The position numbers were made by a program, and so were the translations under genes. DNA of 64,000 nucleotides. Origin: Amoebophrya sp. A120. Taxonomy: Eukaryota > Protista > Dinoflagellata. Positions 11,481 to 25,185 of the stretch are shown here, in pieces; within the stretch, counting starts at the first letter, position 1, and each line of letters starts with the position of its first letter. The notes below the pieces were generated by a model, which was given only the letters and a program-made list of their open reading frames with translations, was not told the DNA's origin and did not search any database. The DNA is taken from positions 5,920,788 to 5,984,787 of the forward strand of contig CAJINV010000001.1 of the NCBI GenBank assembly GCA_905178155.1, read 5' to 3'.

Positions 11481-13641
11481 ATGTCAGCCACTCAGTGTCC
11501 GGTGGGCACCATGGTGTGGAGCGAATGGACGCCCGGAAACCGCAAAGTCGCTGTGGTTTACGCGTATTACCCCGATACCAACTTCTACCACTTAGATTGG
11601 ATCCACCAACGGGCGTTCTGCCACGATCTTCGCTCTGGTCACGAGAATGAGGACCGGTTCAAGGTGTATTGTCAACGACGACCGTGGCAGGTGCACATAT
11701 TAGATGATGAAGATGAATGCTTGTTATCATTTTTACGACCACGACGATAATTAACGACTTCGAGGATGCAATTCCATTGATACTTACACAGCCCACCACG
11801 ACCTCCAATTTTACTATTTGGTTAGCGCATCGCACGATTCCTCCAGTTTATTACACCACATCAATCGAAATTCCTTTTCCCGATATGAAGATTTTCAATC
11901 GAAAAATCTAGATGTGGCACCACTCGAACCAGAACGCGTGCGGGGCGTTCGAGGGGGGCAGCTCCACCCCGGGCCTGCAACAGGGTGGGGACGACGTGAC
12001 AGTGGACGACGGGAAGGGGGTATGAATTGCAAATGTGTCTCGGTCTGGAAGGTTGCAACTTGTGATGCTGCATTTGGATACTACAAAAATCTGTATTGCA
12101 TGAACAGCAAAAGCGGTCTCGTTTCTGCCACGCCGAGAGGGCATTTCTCGTGCGGTATAGGCATCAGGAAGCTCTCGTCACAAAATCTGTGATGCTAGGG
12201 CATGCATCACAGACGTCAGAGGTCATGCAAACTGTGCATGACACCTTCCACACCCAGACATGTTTGCATTTAATAGGGGGTGTTCATCGGGCTGGGCGTT
12301 GCCATCGCGATTGTCTCCGCGTTGTACCTGTGCTACAAGTGGTATGGATGTGTCAGAATCGAAATTGACAAATATCGAAAACTTTGTGATGCATAAAATC
12401 GATACCAGTTGGGGCCTCAGTTTCCAAGTGGCGCATGACAAATTTCGGGAGCACCCAAATCCAGTCTGTCGTGCTGTTTGGACAAAGAAGACTGTTCCTG
12501 CCATGCTACTCTGGCAGCGCATTGCATACCCCTAAACAGGCTTACAATCGGTCTCAGTTGCCTGCTCCCCAACACAGGCCTTCAGTGCCCTGCATTTTAT
12601 GCATCACAAGTTTTTCGATTTTGTCGATTTCGATCCTGACACATCCATAAGTGGGCCCAGGGGGTCGTGCGGGAGAAGCACATGAAGGAGCATGGGGAGT
12701 ACCCGAAGAAGCGGACATCGTCGTTCCAGTCGCCGGGCAAGTCCGGCGGGTGGACGGCGTGGATGAAGGACGCGAGCTTCACCTGGAACAAAACCATGTC
12801 ACCCTGGAAGTCGTTTTCGCCGCAAAAGGACCTGGACAACCACGACGGTATTGCGCCCGGTGGTCACGCTCACGGGGGAAGCGCGAATAAACGGGATTCA
12901 TACAATCGCGGGCCGTCGCTGTGGGAGCTGGCGCAGCAGGAGTACGGCGGCCAACAGGTTGCTGGAGCAGAATTTCTACCGCAGCACCCTGGGCAGCTTC
13001 AACTCCAACACCCACAACTTCTGAACACTAGCGAGCACGAACTTCCCAACAAGAAGATGAACGGGCGCATAAGCAAAGGCACTGGAGGTGCAGCAGTTTC
13101 TGCGGCGGGACCGCCCCGCGACAGTCGTCGGCCTAGTCAGAACAAGCTTTACGGTGGGGGAAGTACTCACTCGATCGGGTCAACGGCCGCCAGTGCGACC
13201 GCATCTTCCGCGGCCCCAAGTGCGCGCGGCGTGTACAACAACAATCCGCCGTTGCCGAGTCCGAACTCGATGGAAGTCGTGTCTGTCGATTCTGCGGTCA
13301 CCCCCCGACACCCGGGCTTGGCGATCCTGAATCCCCTGAAACTGTTCCCAACCGACGAGGAAACCAAGCGGGGGTACAAGTTTCCAACCGGAACATCTTC
13401 AAGGCCAACTGGTGCAACTACTACTTCCCAACCAGCGTCTCGCCGCCCAAGCGTGGACTCGCAAATGAGCCGACAATCCGCGCAGATAAATCAGCGGCCG
13501 AGTAATCGGGTGGCGCCGGTGCCGCCGGGCGCTGCATCAACCGGAACAAGCACCTCCGCCTCTCGCCGCCCGTCACAAAACACCCAGCTACGCAATGGTG
13601 CGTTATCGTACCACGTGGCAAACAAATACGCGGTGCGCTAA
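11481..13641 (+). CDS. Hypothetical single-pass membrane protein with low-complexity tail
   Basis: GT-AG intron 11691-11911. Removing two introners rebuilds ...DDGKG|VFIGLGVAIAIVSALYLCYKW|AQGVVREKHMKEH..., a hydrophobic helix leading into ORF 12667..13641. Confidence 0.75.
12021..12275. mobile_element. Introner family A2, reverse orientation (255 bp), DR GGGGG
   Basis: TATGAATTGCAAATGTGTCTCGGTCTGGAAGG ... CCTTCCACACCCAGACATGTTTGCATTTAATA. Its reverse complement aligns with 8325-8584. Confidence 0.92.
12343..12649. mobile_element. Introner family D (307 bp), DR AGTGG
   Basis: Imperfect TIR of about 55 bp, TATGGATGTGTCAGAATCGAAATTGACAAA... / ...TTTGTCGATTTCGATCCTGACACATCCATA. Close copies at 43988 and 62168. 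Confidence 0.94.
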
Positions 13642-14460
13642 GAAGCTCGATTGGCGCAATTTATGATTTCTTCCGAATGTTTCAGCTCTACTTTTTTGTG
13701 TACGATAGGTATACTACAGCAGATTTCCACAGGTTTTATTTTCGTAAAGAGCAAGGCTTTTTAACCACGTTTGTTTGATGAAAGCATGATAAATCGTAGA
13801 AATTTATTTGGAAATTAACGCACCACAACACTAGGATGGGCAGCGATACTCGTGATTCTACATGCACCTTCTTGAAGCCGCATTTCAGTACTACCACCGG
13901 CTACAACGCAAGGTACTGAGAAAGCCTATTCGCGGAGACGCTGCCAAAAAGGTACACTAGAAGGAGCCATCGTCGTATACATTGAAACTGCATGTCGACA
14001 TAAAAATGAATTCAAATAAAAATAATAAGCGAGCACCGGAACACGCTCTCCTCTGCCTACAAGAAGTAGCGGGCTTTGGAACAGCCCTGTCGTATTTTCC
14101 TTATCTTACTATGGCAGAAAGAGAAACACAAGAACGCCTTTTGGTTTTCCTTTCGGACCCGTACAGTAGAGAGCGTCGTCGCAAATCGGCAAACAAATTT
14201 CAAAGTTGCATAAGGAGGATGGAAACAAATATGTGAGTTTGCGAAAGCACGTGGTAGGTCGGAAAAGAAGGTGGTGCACAAAATGACAGTTTCTTGAGAG
14301 AACAAGCACTTGGCAAAAAAGCTTTCTGATGCCCCCTGACATCGCTCATTTGGGAAGGAAAAAAAAAACACGCGAATACTTATCAACTCAGCAACTGATT
14401 TTGCATCCTCCCACGCGTATCTATTCGGATTAAGCCTTTATTCCCATCGTGAAAGCGGCC

Positions 14461-17400
14461 ATGAGAGCGACCCTCATGCCGGATCCGAATCTGACCCTGT
14501 CAATCGATATTTTGCTCGCCGGAGTAGCAGCTGCCGTGCTCTACCTGACCGCATCCGATGTTACCGGCGAGCACCAGTGTGTGATTCTCGGGCGCCTGCT
14601 ACCGCTGTTTCTGTTGTTCTTTTCTCTGCGCGTTGCCGTGAGTTGGAGTAAGAGTGGGTCGTCGACGGCACCAGCGGGATGCGAAGGTGGAACGTGTGAG
14701 CAGCGTGAGCAGAGCCGGTATAATCTTGGCCGAGGAGAATCACTGCTCGAAGCGGAAATCGAAGACGTTGAGCAACTTCAGTCATTAACCGCATCGAAGG
14801 TGGCCGGAATAAAGACACCTGGCAAACAGCAGCTAGTGGCGAGCAGAACAAGTTCCTTCTTGGGTAGCTCCTTTTATGAACCAGAGTCGATCGAGGTCGA
14901 GCACGAGGTCGAGGGGAACTACGCAATAAGCAACGCAGCTCCCGTGGAAGCGCTCGGGGCGCCAGTCCAGGATGTCGTGTTCCTTCCTCCGCAAAAGTAC
15001 CTAGCGGATGATATTGCTGCTGCCCACGAAGAACACGACGATGGATTTTATGGAAAAGAACGCGAAATGAAAAACGATGGGTCGTCGTCCTCGTGCCAAG
15101 AAGCGCAAGATACCCCGCCGCTCCTGCTCCATGACTTGTTTTCCAAGAAAACAAATTCGCACAAGAAGGCGGACGAGAAGGAGACTCCTGGAGGTCTGGG
15201 CCATACTGTGTTCGGTCGGAGGATGTCAGAGCCACGGACGTCGGAGGATGTCGGAAGTAGATCTGCGCCCCTGCCGTCTTGGAACGACCAGCCTACTTGC
15301 CGGAAAATCTTCCCGAGCGGCGAGTCCCCTGCGCTTGTCGCTTTGCGGTCCATTTCCGGAGAAGCGAGTCGAAAAAACAGCGGACAGCTCGGAGCTGATT
15401 TTTTTAATACTAGTTGCAACAGTCGCCGGTCGTCAAAAGCATCATTACCGTCTTCGCCAGGCCCGCCAACCCCCGTGTGCGCGGCGACCAGAAGTAATAC
15501 CAAACACGTCGTGGTAAAGATTGATCCGGTTCCGTTTCTCATTTCGCCGGTCAAGGAGGGCGGAGAGGAGAAGACAGGGCGACAGTCAGGGTCGTTCTAC
15601 GATGTTGAGCGAAGAAGGCCGTCGTTTCCGAGAGTCGGTGATGTGTCGTCGCTTGCAGGAATGGCAAACAGCGACGCTCCTGGAGTAGCGTCCTGCGAAA
15701 AACCGCTTTTGAAAAGATCTTCCGACTTTGTGACGACCGCGATGGTGGTTTTGTCGCGCTTCCTACCGTTCGTTCCTGGCCGGAACTCGAGCATTTTTTC
15801 CACTGGGGATGATAGGGCGAGCGTTGACCTTGCCCATAAAAATCCTCGACGAACTACAAGCCTCAGAAGATCACGCAGAGAAACAACAACGGTTCAACAT
15901 CTTGCAGAACATTCAAAAATCTCAAGCACCACGCAAAGCAGAAGCAGCAGCTGGAGGGCGGTTGTACTGCGTCAGCAAGCGCGTCTTGCGCAGTACGAGA
16001 TTAGCGGGATGCACAGCGCGATCGCCGGGTATTTTGTCGCCATGCTGGCGTTGCCGCCCATGTGGTTCGTCCTGGTGGTTGCGGCGCTGCCCGGGCTGCG
16101 GAGTAGCCAGCTGCTGTACTGCTGCGGCGTGTATGTGGTTTTCCGTTTCATTGTTCCACTCATCACCTCCAGCGTTTCCCATTGGCCCATCGACCCTTCC
16201 ACGGCCCTATTCTTGCAGAAGATTTTTCTGCACTACGGCCCGTTCTGGGACGTCGTGTGCGACTTCTGCCGGCCCGTGAACGCTTCTGTTAAAGTTCCGT
16301 GGTTCGCACTCTTTCAAACCTTGCTGGACATCATCGCAGCTGTTGCTCTACTCGTTTGGTTCCTGATCTTGCACGAACGGGGGATGGAAACCGTGCAGGC
16401 AGAAACGCTCGCGTCACAAGCTCGCATGTACCGCCGCCGCAAAGTGTTGCACCAGATGCTGCCGCCGTTCGTCGTGGAGTCGTTTCTGCTGCGGCAGACC
16501 GTTTTTTCCGAAGCCATTGGCGACGTCACAGTTGTGTTTGCGGACATCGAGAATTTCACCGACCTATTGCAGTACTGCGATTCAGATCGGAAGAGCGTGC
16601 GGAGACTCCTGCGGCGGCTCGACCGGCTGTTTTCGCAGTACGACGCGGTCTGTCAGGACTTTTTCGTGAGCAAGATTGAGAACGTGGGGGAGACCTACCT
16701 TGCGTGCGGCGGGCTGCGCCGTCACGTGCAGGCCCGGAACGAGGCGCTGTGCGGAAAATCGGTGGTGTTGGAAAGGTACAAGCGCTGGTCGTCGACCGTC
16801 GGGGCGGAAGCGCTGCGCGCGGACCAGAAATCCGCAATGGACGCGTATTTCACCACCCTGTTTGCCTGCGAGTTGATCCGCTACGGCGAAGAAGGTGTTG
16901 TACGTGGGGCGGTCGGCACGGGAGAAGGCGAGCGTCGAGACGTGGTCGGTGATGACTCGTCGTCCATCTGTAGTTCTTCTGCGCATACAAGAATCATGAT
17001 GTCGCCACCATCCACAACGAAAAATGAAGAGCACGGTCTTGTTTCGCCTGACAAACCACCATCACGTGTTGATGAAGTCGTCGATGATCATGGTACGGGT
17101 ATGGTGCCGTTACAAGAAGACCAAGCGCCAGCGTGCTCATCTCGTGAAAATCATGAGGAGAACAAGCAGCAAGAGCAACAAGCACCCACAGCAGCGTCGC
17201 GTGCCATTTCTTACGTGCGATCAACGACGATCGGCGCAATCCGAAACTTTGGTTCTAGTTCGACAGACGAAAAAAAGTCTACGTACAGCAGCGCTGCAAG
17301 AAACGATAGTGACGACGTCGTTTCACTCTTTGAGAACATGTTGCAGAGCACCTCTGCTATTCCAGTTGTTCCGGCAAGTAGGAGCGTAAACAAGGGGGAA

Positions 17401-19832
17401 ATCTACTTCGCAGAGTCTGAATCTTGTTCCCAACAAGAGAACGCTCCTTCTGGCTGTGGAGATGATCTTCTTCTGCTGAAACTAGGTGACCTTCCGACGC
17501 CGTGTCGCACCCAGGCGAATGTTCCGCTGGACACAAGAAGTAGAAAACCCGTCGACCAAAGAATAGCAAGGCGGCAAGCAATACAGCAAATGCCCTTCAA
17601 TATCCGAGTTGGAGTGCACACTGGTCCTGCGTGCGCGGGAATTGTAGGCTCGCGGAAGCCGCAGTACGCAATTTTCGGCGACACAGTAAACACAGCTGCG
17701 CGCATGAAGTCCACCTCTTCCAGCAACACGGCCGTGCACGTTTCCAGCGCTACACACGCACTCTTGTTACGGTGTCGCGGCGCGACGCAGCCCCAATTCA
17801 AGACACCGTGTTCGAACGCAGCGGATGATTTTGGACTCAGGATTTCGGGGCCGGTAGACGTGTTTGCCAAGGGGAAGGGGACGGTCGAAACCTGGTACGT
17901 CGAACCGACGCAGAAAAGCAAGACGGAGCTGCAGAGAGAGGGGTTAAATCAAGGAAAGAACAAGACGGACTCAGCTGAAGACGAGCAATCCTCCTTCGGG
18001 AGGCAGGAGAGCTTTCACGAGACAGAAAGTAGTCGTGTAATCGCCGCGGCGGAAGAAAGATCAGAAACGGCACTGAGCAACCAGTTGAAGAGCTTAACCT
18101 CGGACAATACTAGCGGAGCCAACATTTTACTGGGGCGATCGTGCGCGCAGGCCCGTGATCTTCCGAAACTAGACAGAGAGGAGGACTTTCAAGTTCGCAC
18201 GAGCGAGCATGGTGTAGTTTACCAAGAGAAGTTTCCAAGCGGCGAAGTAGAGAGCAGCAGGTTCTTCTGCGGAGATACAACTGACCAGAAACCGACATCT
18301 GGGCGGACCAGCATCTTACCAGTGGCGATCATGTCTGACTTTCTGAAAACAGCAGTGATGACGTACATTTTTTTGGACACCGGATCGGCCTTTTTTTCGC
18401 AGAGCTCACGTCCGCTGTCCACAGTCGCGGCACTGCTTTTGATCGGTCGGATTTTCCTTGCTGCAGCGTATTGCTTCGCGACACAGGAGTGGCAGTTGGT
18501 CGCAGGTGTAGCGCTTTTTGCTTTGTCAGTTGGCGCGAACTTGGCAGTCAGCGCAGAAGCTGCAACACTCAGCCCTCGAATGGTTTTGTTTTGGATTGCC
18601 GTAGCAGCCTTTTATTGCGACGCAGCTTCCTCGACGCAGAAAGGCATAACCGCGTGTGTGGTTGTGGTCATTCTTTCCGGATCGGCGTATCTTTTACTTT
18701 TAGTCACTTTGAGAAGGGACGAGAGCGACAGCGAGTACAGTAACTCCACAACAATCGCGGACCTGGTTCTTATCACGCTCCTGAATGTTATTGCAGTGGT
18801 AGTCTTCCTTATGAAAAACACTTCTTCTGCTGCGATGAGGAACTCTGCTGCGGATCTCTTGACAGCCGAGCGGAACCGCGAAAGTCGTGCGGAACAAATG
18901 CTGGCGGACCTCTTGCCGGCGGAGATTTTGCAGAAACTAGCAGGAACGACGAAACTCTCCGGGGACAGATTTAGTGTGGTGACAAGCCCAAAGAAAAGCA
19001 AGTCACTCGTCCACCACTGCTTTTCTGACAGTGCGCTACTTTTCGCAGATATCACGGGCTTCACCGCGTTTGCTTCAAAACGGACTGCAGCGGAAGTAGT
19101 TGCGGTGGTTACGGGGCTCTTTGCCGCTATTGATGACGCATCTCGACAGTGGCATGCTGTGTACAAGGTACAAAATGACTGGATAGGATTTTCTATCCTC
19201 TTCTTGTGCGTTGGTGCTGATTTTGTTTTTTGTTGTTGTGCGAACTGTCAGCACCCCATTCATTGGAGGAGCCAGTCGAATTCGAAAAAACTGGGTAATT
19301 TGCGTTAGGTAATGCTTGCACGAAAAATCAGGTTTGTACGATAGGCGACTGTTACGTTGCAGCGGCCTTCGGTAATCCTACACCGCGCGAAAACATCGTG
19401 CAGATGCTCGCATTCGCATTACGCATGCTCGAGCTCGTGCATGCTAATCAGCAGAACGAAGCCGAGCCGATCAACGTCCGCGTCGGCATACACTGTGGCT
19501 CTTTCGTGGGAGGAGTTTTAGGACAGCGCCAGCTGCGATTCGACATTTGGGGAGAGGATGTCCGAATTGCAAATTTAGTGGAGCAGGAGGGTCAGCCGGG
19601 TGCGATTTGCGTTAGTAAAGCAGTACAGAAGGTCGCTACAGCAGCGGAAGAGCTGATCAACGGAGAGGATGCGCAACTACTGCTTCTGGATGAATCAAAG
19701 TGGTCCTTTCAGTTTCATAGAAGCGTAGCAACGCGCACGGAAGGCAGAAAGAGCAGAGTTGCTAGTGAGGCACATATACCACCCCCGGAGGTTCTTGAAA
19801 TTTACAAATTAATAAAATACGCGAGCACTTAA
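14461..19832 (+). CDS. Membrane-bound class III nucleotidyl cyclase, alveolate-type guanylyl cyclase (TM-C1-TM-C2)
   Basis: C1: VTVVFADIENFT, KIENVGETY, IRVGVHTG, GSRKPQYAIFGDTVNTAARM. C2: LLFADITGFT, YK|VCTIGDCY across GT-AG intron 19168-19331, VRVGIHCG, FDIWGEDVRIANLVEQEG. Two hydrophobic TM clusters. Confidence 0.88.
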
Positions 19833-20418
19833 ACTCATGCAAAGGCAAACTACGAATGAACGCTAGCGTCACATCCATTTTAAAAAATTATGACTGGAGT
19901 GCATTTTGAAAAACATGTCACATAGTTTCGTTTTCTGATTTTATAATTACGTTTCAGCACGACGCATTTCCATTTCTTTTGCAGGTTTTTGTGCTGCGCT
20001 GCAGTCACAAGCATGAGTCTCAAAACAAATTGAACCACAAAAAACATGGTGAGCAAAGCTTGTGCATGGGTATGGAAGCATCCTTAATAGTTCTCCTTTT
20101 CGCTGTACTTAAACGGAAGGAAGTCGCAGTTCTGTCATTTTCCTGTTCGGCTTTTTGTTTTTCGTTTTGTTTGTCGCTGTTCCTGTTCTTTTGATCTCCT
20201 CGTTCTTTAGGTTGTTCTTGCTGTCGTGTCGTTTCCTTCTTTCACGCCGGTTTTCAAATCCGTTGTCAGACAGGAACAGGATCAAGATCAAGTTTTTTAA
20301 CCCGAAGCCTCGTTCGCAGCTTCGGGTTCGTCAAGAGATCAAAGAAACATGAAAACTGAAATACAAATACCATTAGTGAGCGAAGGTTACAAGCAGTAGG
20401 TTGTGTAGCTCTCGGAGG

Positions 20419-23400
20419 ATGCGTTTCGGCTTGCCGTTGCTCGCCGTCGGGGCATCGGCCCTGGCGGTCGAGAATTTTGACAATGAGGAGTATTTTGCGG
20501 ACCCGAGCGAGGCCCTGAACGCCTTCCACTCCCAGTATCGAAGTATGAAGGAAGAAGCCGAGCATCGGACAAAGCACATGAAGCCGGATGAAGCTCTGGA
20601 AATTTTGAAGGCAAAGCTGCCCGAGCACGACCACAGTCACTTGTCCATGCTCGCGCTGAAGGCACGAGACAACGGCACTTTGAACGTCCAAGAGATGGCA
20701 AAAGGTAGTCAGATCTGGCGTCTGTATTTTTTCGTAGTTCGAAGATCGGATTCCGATGCGTGTAGAAAACTCCCCATCACGAAGTTCCGTGAGTTTAGAA
20801 GCCACTTCGCACGTGACAAAGCACCATGTGCGAAAAGACGTTTTTTTTCTAACAAGAGACTTTTTAAATCCCAAAACCAGGTGTTGTTGCCATCAACAAC
20901 ATGTACAAGGAGACCGATCAGGAGCGCATTACCACCCTGACCACGTGCTCGCAAAAGCTGTACGCCATCTACCGCACGAACTTTATGATTGCAAAGGAAA
21001 TCAAGGGCTTGAACGCAAAGAGCGAGGACAAAAACCAGGTGTACGACGACGCGCAGGGGCAGAAAAAGGAGTTTCTGGATGACAAGAAGACCCTGGAACA
21101 GGAGCGTGAGCAGCTGAAGGTCGACCACGCCAACGACATGAAGGAGCCGCTGGCGATATCGAAGTGAAAAAAGCCCCCACCCCATATCGGAAACGGAAGA
21201 TGCGCGAATTTGTGATGCTGTATTTGAGTACACAAATCGACTTGTATTGCTAGAAGGCCAAGAGACGAAGCTGCGGCCTAAATTGCAGGCAATCTGTCAT
21301 GCTGTTTCCCAATTCCAGTTGCCGCCTGTCATCCTGGAGCTGCAAGGCTTTCCCACACTGGACAGCACTACAGTCCGCATCTTTTGCCTTCTAGCATCAC
21401 AGAGCTGATTTGTGACCACAAATCTGCATCACAGATTTCCGTTTTGATATGGGGAGGGGGCGTTTTTCATTGTAATAGGCGAAGGAAGCGGAGAAGGTCA
21501 CGCAGGAGCGTATTTTCACGGTCATTTTGAAGGGCATCAACGAGAAGTGCGGCAGCGGCGACCTGAAGCCGAAGACCAAGAACGCCATGCGGTTCCGCCG
21601 CAACCCGCAGGTCGCGCCGGAGTCCAACGCGACCAACGCCACCGCCGGGTCGGCGCCGTCCCTGGTGCAGAACAGTGAGGAGTTCACCGTCGACGAGGCC
21701 CGCGAAATGGACACCGCGGACGCCGAGTCGCGCATGTGCGTCGGCATGCAGCAGGAGTCCAGCATGAACCGGTTGTTCCTCTCGGTGTTCTCCAGCCCGG
21801 AGGTGCAGGAGGCCACGAAGACGGGTCTGGACATGGACTCGCAGAAGGCCATGGACATGACGCTCGCGAACCTGCGCGCCGCCGAAGACGAGGAAGTCGC
21901 GCCCAAGTACCAGAGCCAGGCCTTGTTGCAGAAGTCCCCGTCTCTGCAGGGGCCCTGGTCCGTCTCGGACGGTACCGACACCAAGTCGCCGATGTGCGGC
22001 TCCGTGGAGCAGATCGACTGCGACGTGCTCATGACCATGATGGGTGAGCAGCTGGAGTGCGCCCGCGAGGAGCTACGGAAGGCTAAGGGTATTAAGCTTT
22101 GAACAATTTAAATCTAAATTTGGTGCCGTTTCTCTTCTCCTCAAATCTTGTTGTATGTGCGGATCTAACTCTGGCCATCTGTTTTTATCATGAAAAATTC
22201 TTGTACGATATCTTCCAAAAATTCACTCCAGGTGAGCGTGCCGCGCTCGAGGACAAGCAGCGTGAGGAGATGCGTCTGAAGGACGGTTCTATCGTTGCCG
22301 CGCAGAAGGCCGCGGACACCCAGCAGAAGTTGATGAACGATGCGCGATCGACCGTGGACGGTTACAAGAGCCAGATCAGCGACTTGAAGGAGGAGCGCAT
22401 CCGCTACGCGAAGTCCATGCACCTGGAGAAGACTAAGTGCCACCTGCAGCTGTTCGAACTCGAGGCCAACGGCTTGTGTGCATGCAAGGCGCTCCGCAAC
22501 TTCTGGCTCAAGGAGACCCTCTCCAAGGCCGGCGTCGAGGACGACGCTGTCACGGACTGCGAGGTAATTACTTATTTTGTGATATGATAGCTTCGGTTGC
22601 TCGATTTGGGTTTATTTTTTGTGTGTCATTGTTCTTGGAAGTCGTGCGATGGTGATCGGCTAAATTTAGATATCAACACACTGCCGCCACACAATAACCT
22701 CATCTCACCGGTAAAAACCACTCCAGGCTGCCGACACCATGATGCCGACCGGCGAGTGCCGCATGGGCCCGAAGGCCACGGGTGAGATTCGCAAGTGCGT
22801 TGCCGGGAATAAGATGCCGGAGGACGACGAGCGCTTGCCCAACCGCAAGTGGACCCGGCAGATGGAGGGCGAACCGGGCCAGTCCAAGGACCTCGAGTCC
22901 CTGGGCGAGAAGCTGTACCTCGAGTGCCCCCCGGAGACCATGATCCTTCCCTGCAACCGCTTTTTGTGCCCCGTCGACTGCGAGGTCGGCGAGTGGGGCG
23001 ACTGGCGTGATTGCTCCGCGGAGTGCGACGGCGGCACCGAGCTGCGTGAGCGGTCCGTGGTTAAGGAGCAGGCCTTCTTCGGTCAACAGTGCCCGGACCT
23101 GATCCAAACGCAGAAGTGTAACACCCAGAAGTGTACCGAAAACTGCAAGCTCCACGCCGACTACGATGACGAGGGCGAGGGCTGCTTGATGGTGCTTATT
23201 ACTTAGCCGCTTTTTTTTTGATGATGCAAGTTGTTTTATGGCAAATTTCTTTTATATGCTCTTCAATGAGAGTCGCATAGCACAAAGTAGATCTGAATTC
23301 GTTGTTCTTTTGTCACGCAGGCTTGCGTCCAGCCGCTGTCCAACACGGAGTCTTCGGGCGCCGTTGCGTACGAGACCAACTACGAGATGGTGACCAAGCG

Positions 23401-25185
23401 CGTGCGCGAGCCGGCCCGCGGTGGCGGTGACTGCCCGCACCACCACAGCAAGGCCCGGTACGCCAAGTCCTCCGTCCTCGCCGCGGAAGACACCATCGAC
23501 AAGAACATCTGCCCGCAGAACAAGTGCGTCGGGGACGAGGTCTGCGCCGACATGATGGACCTGATCATCGTGCACGAGTGCTCCCAGGCCACCGGCCGCC
23601 TCGGGTGCTGGTTCATGGCGCAATTTGTCGTCACTCTGTTGCAGAAGATCCCGACCGCCTTGTACGGGTTCCCCACCACCAACGTCGGTCTGGTTATGTT
23701 CGGAAACGGAAAGGCCGTCAAGAAGGGCGACAAGTGGGTGGTCAACCCGGCCGTCGAGCAGTCGCCATTGACTGACCAGGTGAGATGCTGATATCATTTT
23801 TGGGGTTTTCGAAAGAGTTTCAATCAGCGTTTTAGGATTTAGGAATTGTAATTGAGGTAAATTTCTACTAGTGTTTTTGTCATCCGTGTAGCTCTTGTGT
23901 TGGATTTTTTTGATGACCAATCTCCATTTTTCCTTAGAAGGCGATCTCCGATCTGTGACATTTTGGAAATTGCAACCACTAGCAATCCCAAAAAACGCTA
24001 AAAACCACGACAGGCCACGGACCTGTTTTCCGCGTTGTACAACCACGCGAAGAACCTGATGACCAAGGAGTCCACCTACAACTACCACCTCGGTTTCTCC
24101 AACATGGCCCAGGGCCTGATTGTCGCCGAGAAGTTGCTCGGGGATGCGCGCACCACCGACGGTGGTTCCGCCATCACCGCCGAGAAGAAGATCGTGGTGG
24201 TCACCCGCGGCCGCCGCGTGGAGTGCGGGTCCGCCAAGCAGCGCGCCAAGATGCTGCACAACAAGGGCATCGTCGTCGACGTGATTATGTTCGGCCCCAA
24301 CTACAGCAAGGAGAACTTCGAGTACCTGAACGCCGTCGCCACCTTCCCCACGGAGGGCCACTTGTTCTACAAGGGTGGGCTGGAACTCCTCTCCCAGGTC
24401 GACACCATGCGCGAGATCGCCACCTCCCTGATCCCGAAGGTGTGCCCGGACGCCATCTCCCCGTCCGCACACCTGAAGACCATGTGCGACGGCGCCTACT
24501 CCGACGAGGGTGGCGCGCGAAAGGTATACTTCCTAAATTTCTAGAAGGTGATGGTTTGCTCTGACGAATGAAATTTAATGGGAGATGCTGGTTAAGTTCA
24601 ACTTTGTTGGAACAAACCACATGTTGGAGTTAGGGGTCGCACTAACCTATTTCTAAAAAACAAAATCAGGGCCCGCCGCTCATCGTCGTCCATCGTGGTC
24701 GTAACTGCCCGAACTGGAAGAAGAACATTATGGGCGAGAGCACCGAGCCGGTCGACCTCGTTACTTGCGCGACCGAGGCCCAGAAGCAGGAGTTCAAGTC
24801 TTTCACGTTCAAGCGTGTGCCGGACGGCAGCACCGAGGCAAACTGCTTTACCCACGAGGAACAGGGCAAGGAATCCCAGGTCCTCGGCTATGGCGACGAG
24901 AAGGAGGCCTACAAGCCGGAAGAAAAGACCTGCAACGGCGATGACTTGGTGAAGCCGGGTAGCAAGAACCCGGGTGCGTCGCAGGGGTGGGGCCCGCAGC
25001 CGCTGGCTCCCGAAACCACGCACTACGAGATCCTGGACGACGCCAAGGACTGCCCCAAGCCGTATTACAAGTACCACCGGATGCTGACACTGCCAATAGA
25101 CTTCACGGACGAGTACTTCGACGGGCTGGTCGAGGGTGCCAAGGTCTCCGGTATGATGGGTACCGAGGGTGAGGAGAGCTTCTAG
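20419..25185 (+). CDS. Secreted coiled-coil + thrombospondin type-1 + von Willebrand A domain protein (adhesin-like)
   Basis: Signal-like MRFGLPLLAVGASALA. TSP1: CPVDCEVGEWGDWRDCSAECDGGTELRER...CPDLIQTQKCNTQKC. vWA-like: MDLIIVHECSQA...VGLVMFG...SNMAQGLIVAEKLL...KKIVVVTRG. Several GT-AG introns and one introner. Confidence 0.8.
21157..21477. mobile_element. Introner family E (321 bp, related to B), DR GGCGA
   Basis: TATCGAAGTGAAAAAAGCCCCCACCCCATATC ... GATATGGGGAGGGGGCGTTTTTCATTGTAATA. Removal restores EPLA|KEAEKVTQ. Reverse complement of 43625-43945. Confidence 0.94.

Noticed and set aside
12260-12650. Recurrent short ORFs such as MHKIDTSW...AHDKFREHPNPVC (also at 43940 and 61736) and CKYVWVWK / GKIPPPHI peptides
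   Set aside because: These are translations of repeated introner sequence with no transposase motif, not a gene family.
22504-22512. TGGCTCAAG partial spliced-leader match
   Set aside because: Only 9 nt, inside a coding exon (FWLKE) and not at any breakpoint; likely chance.
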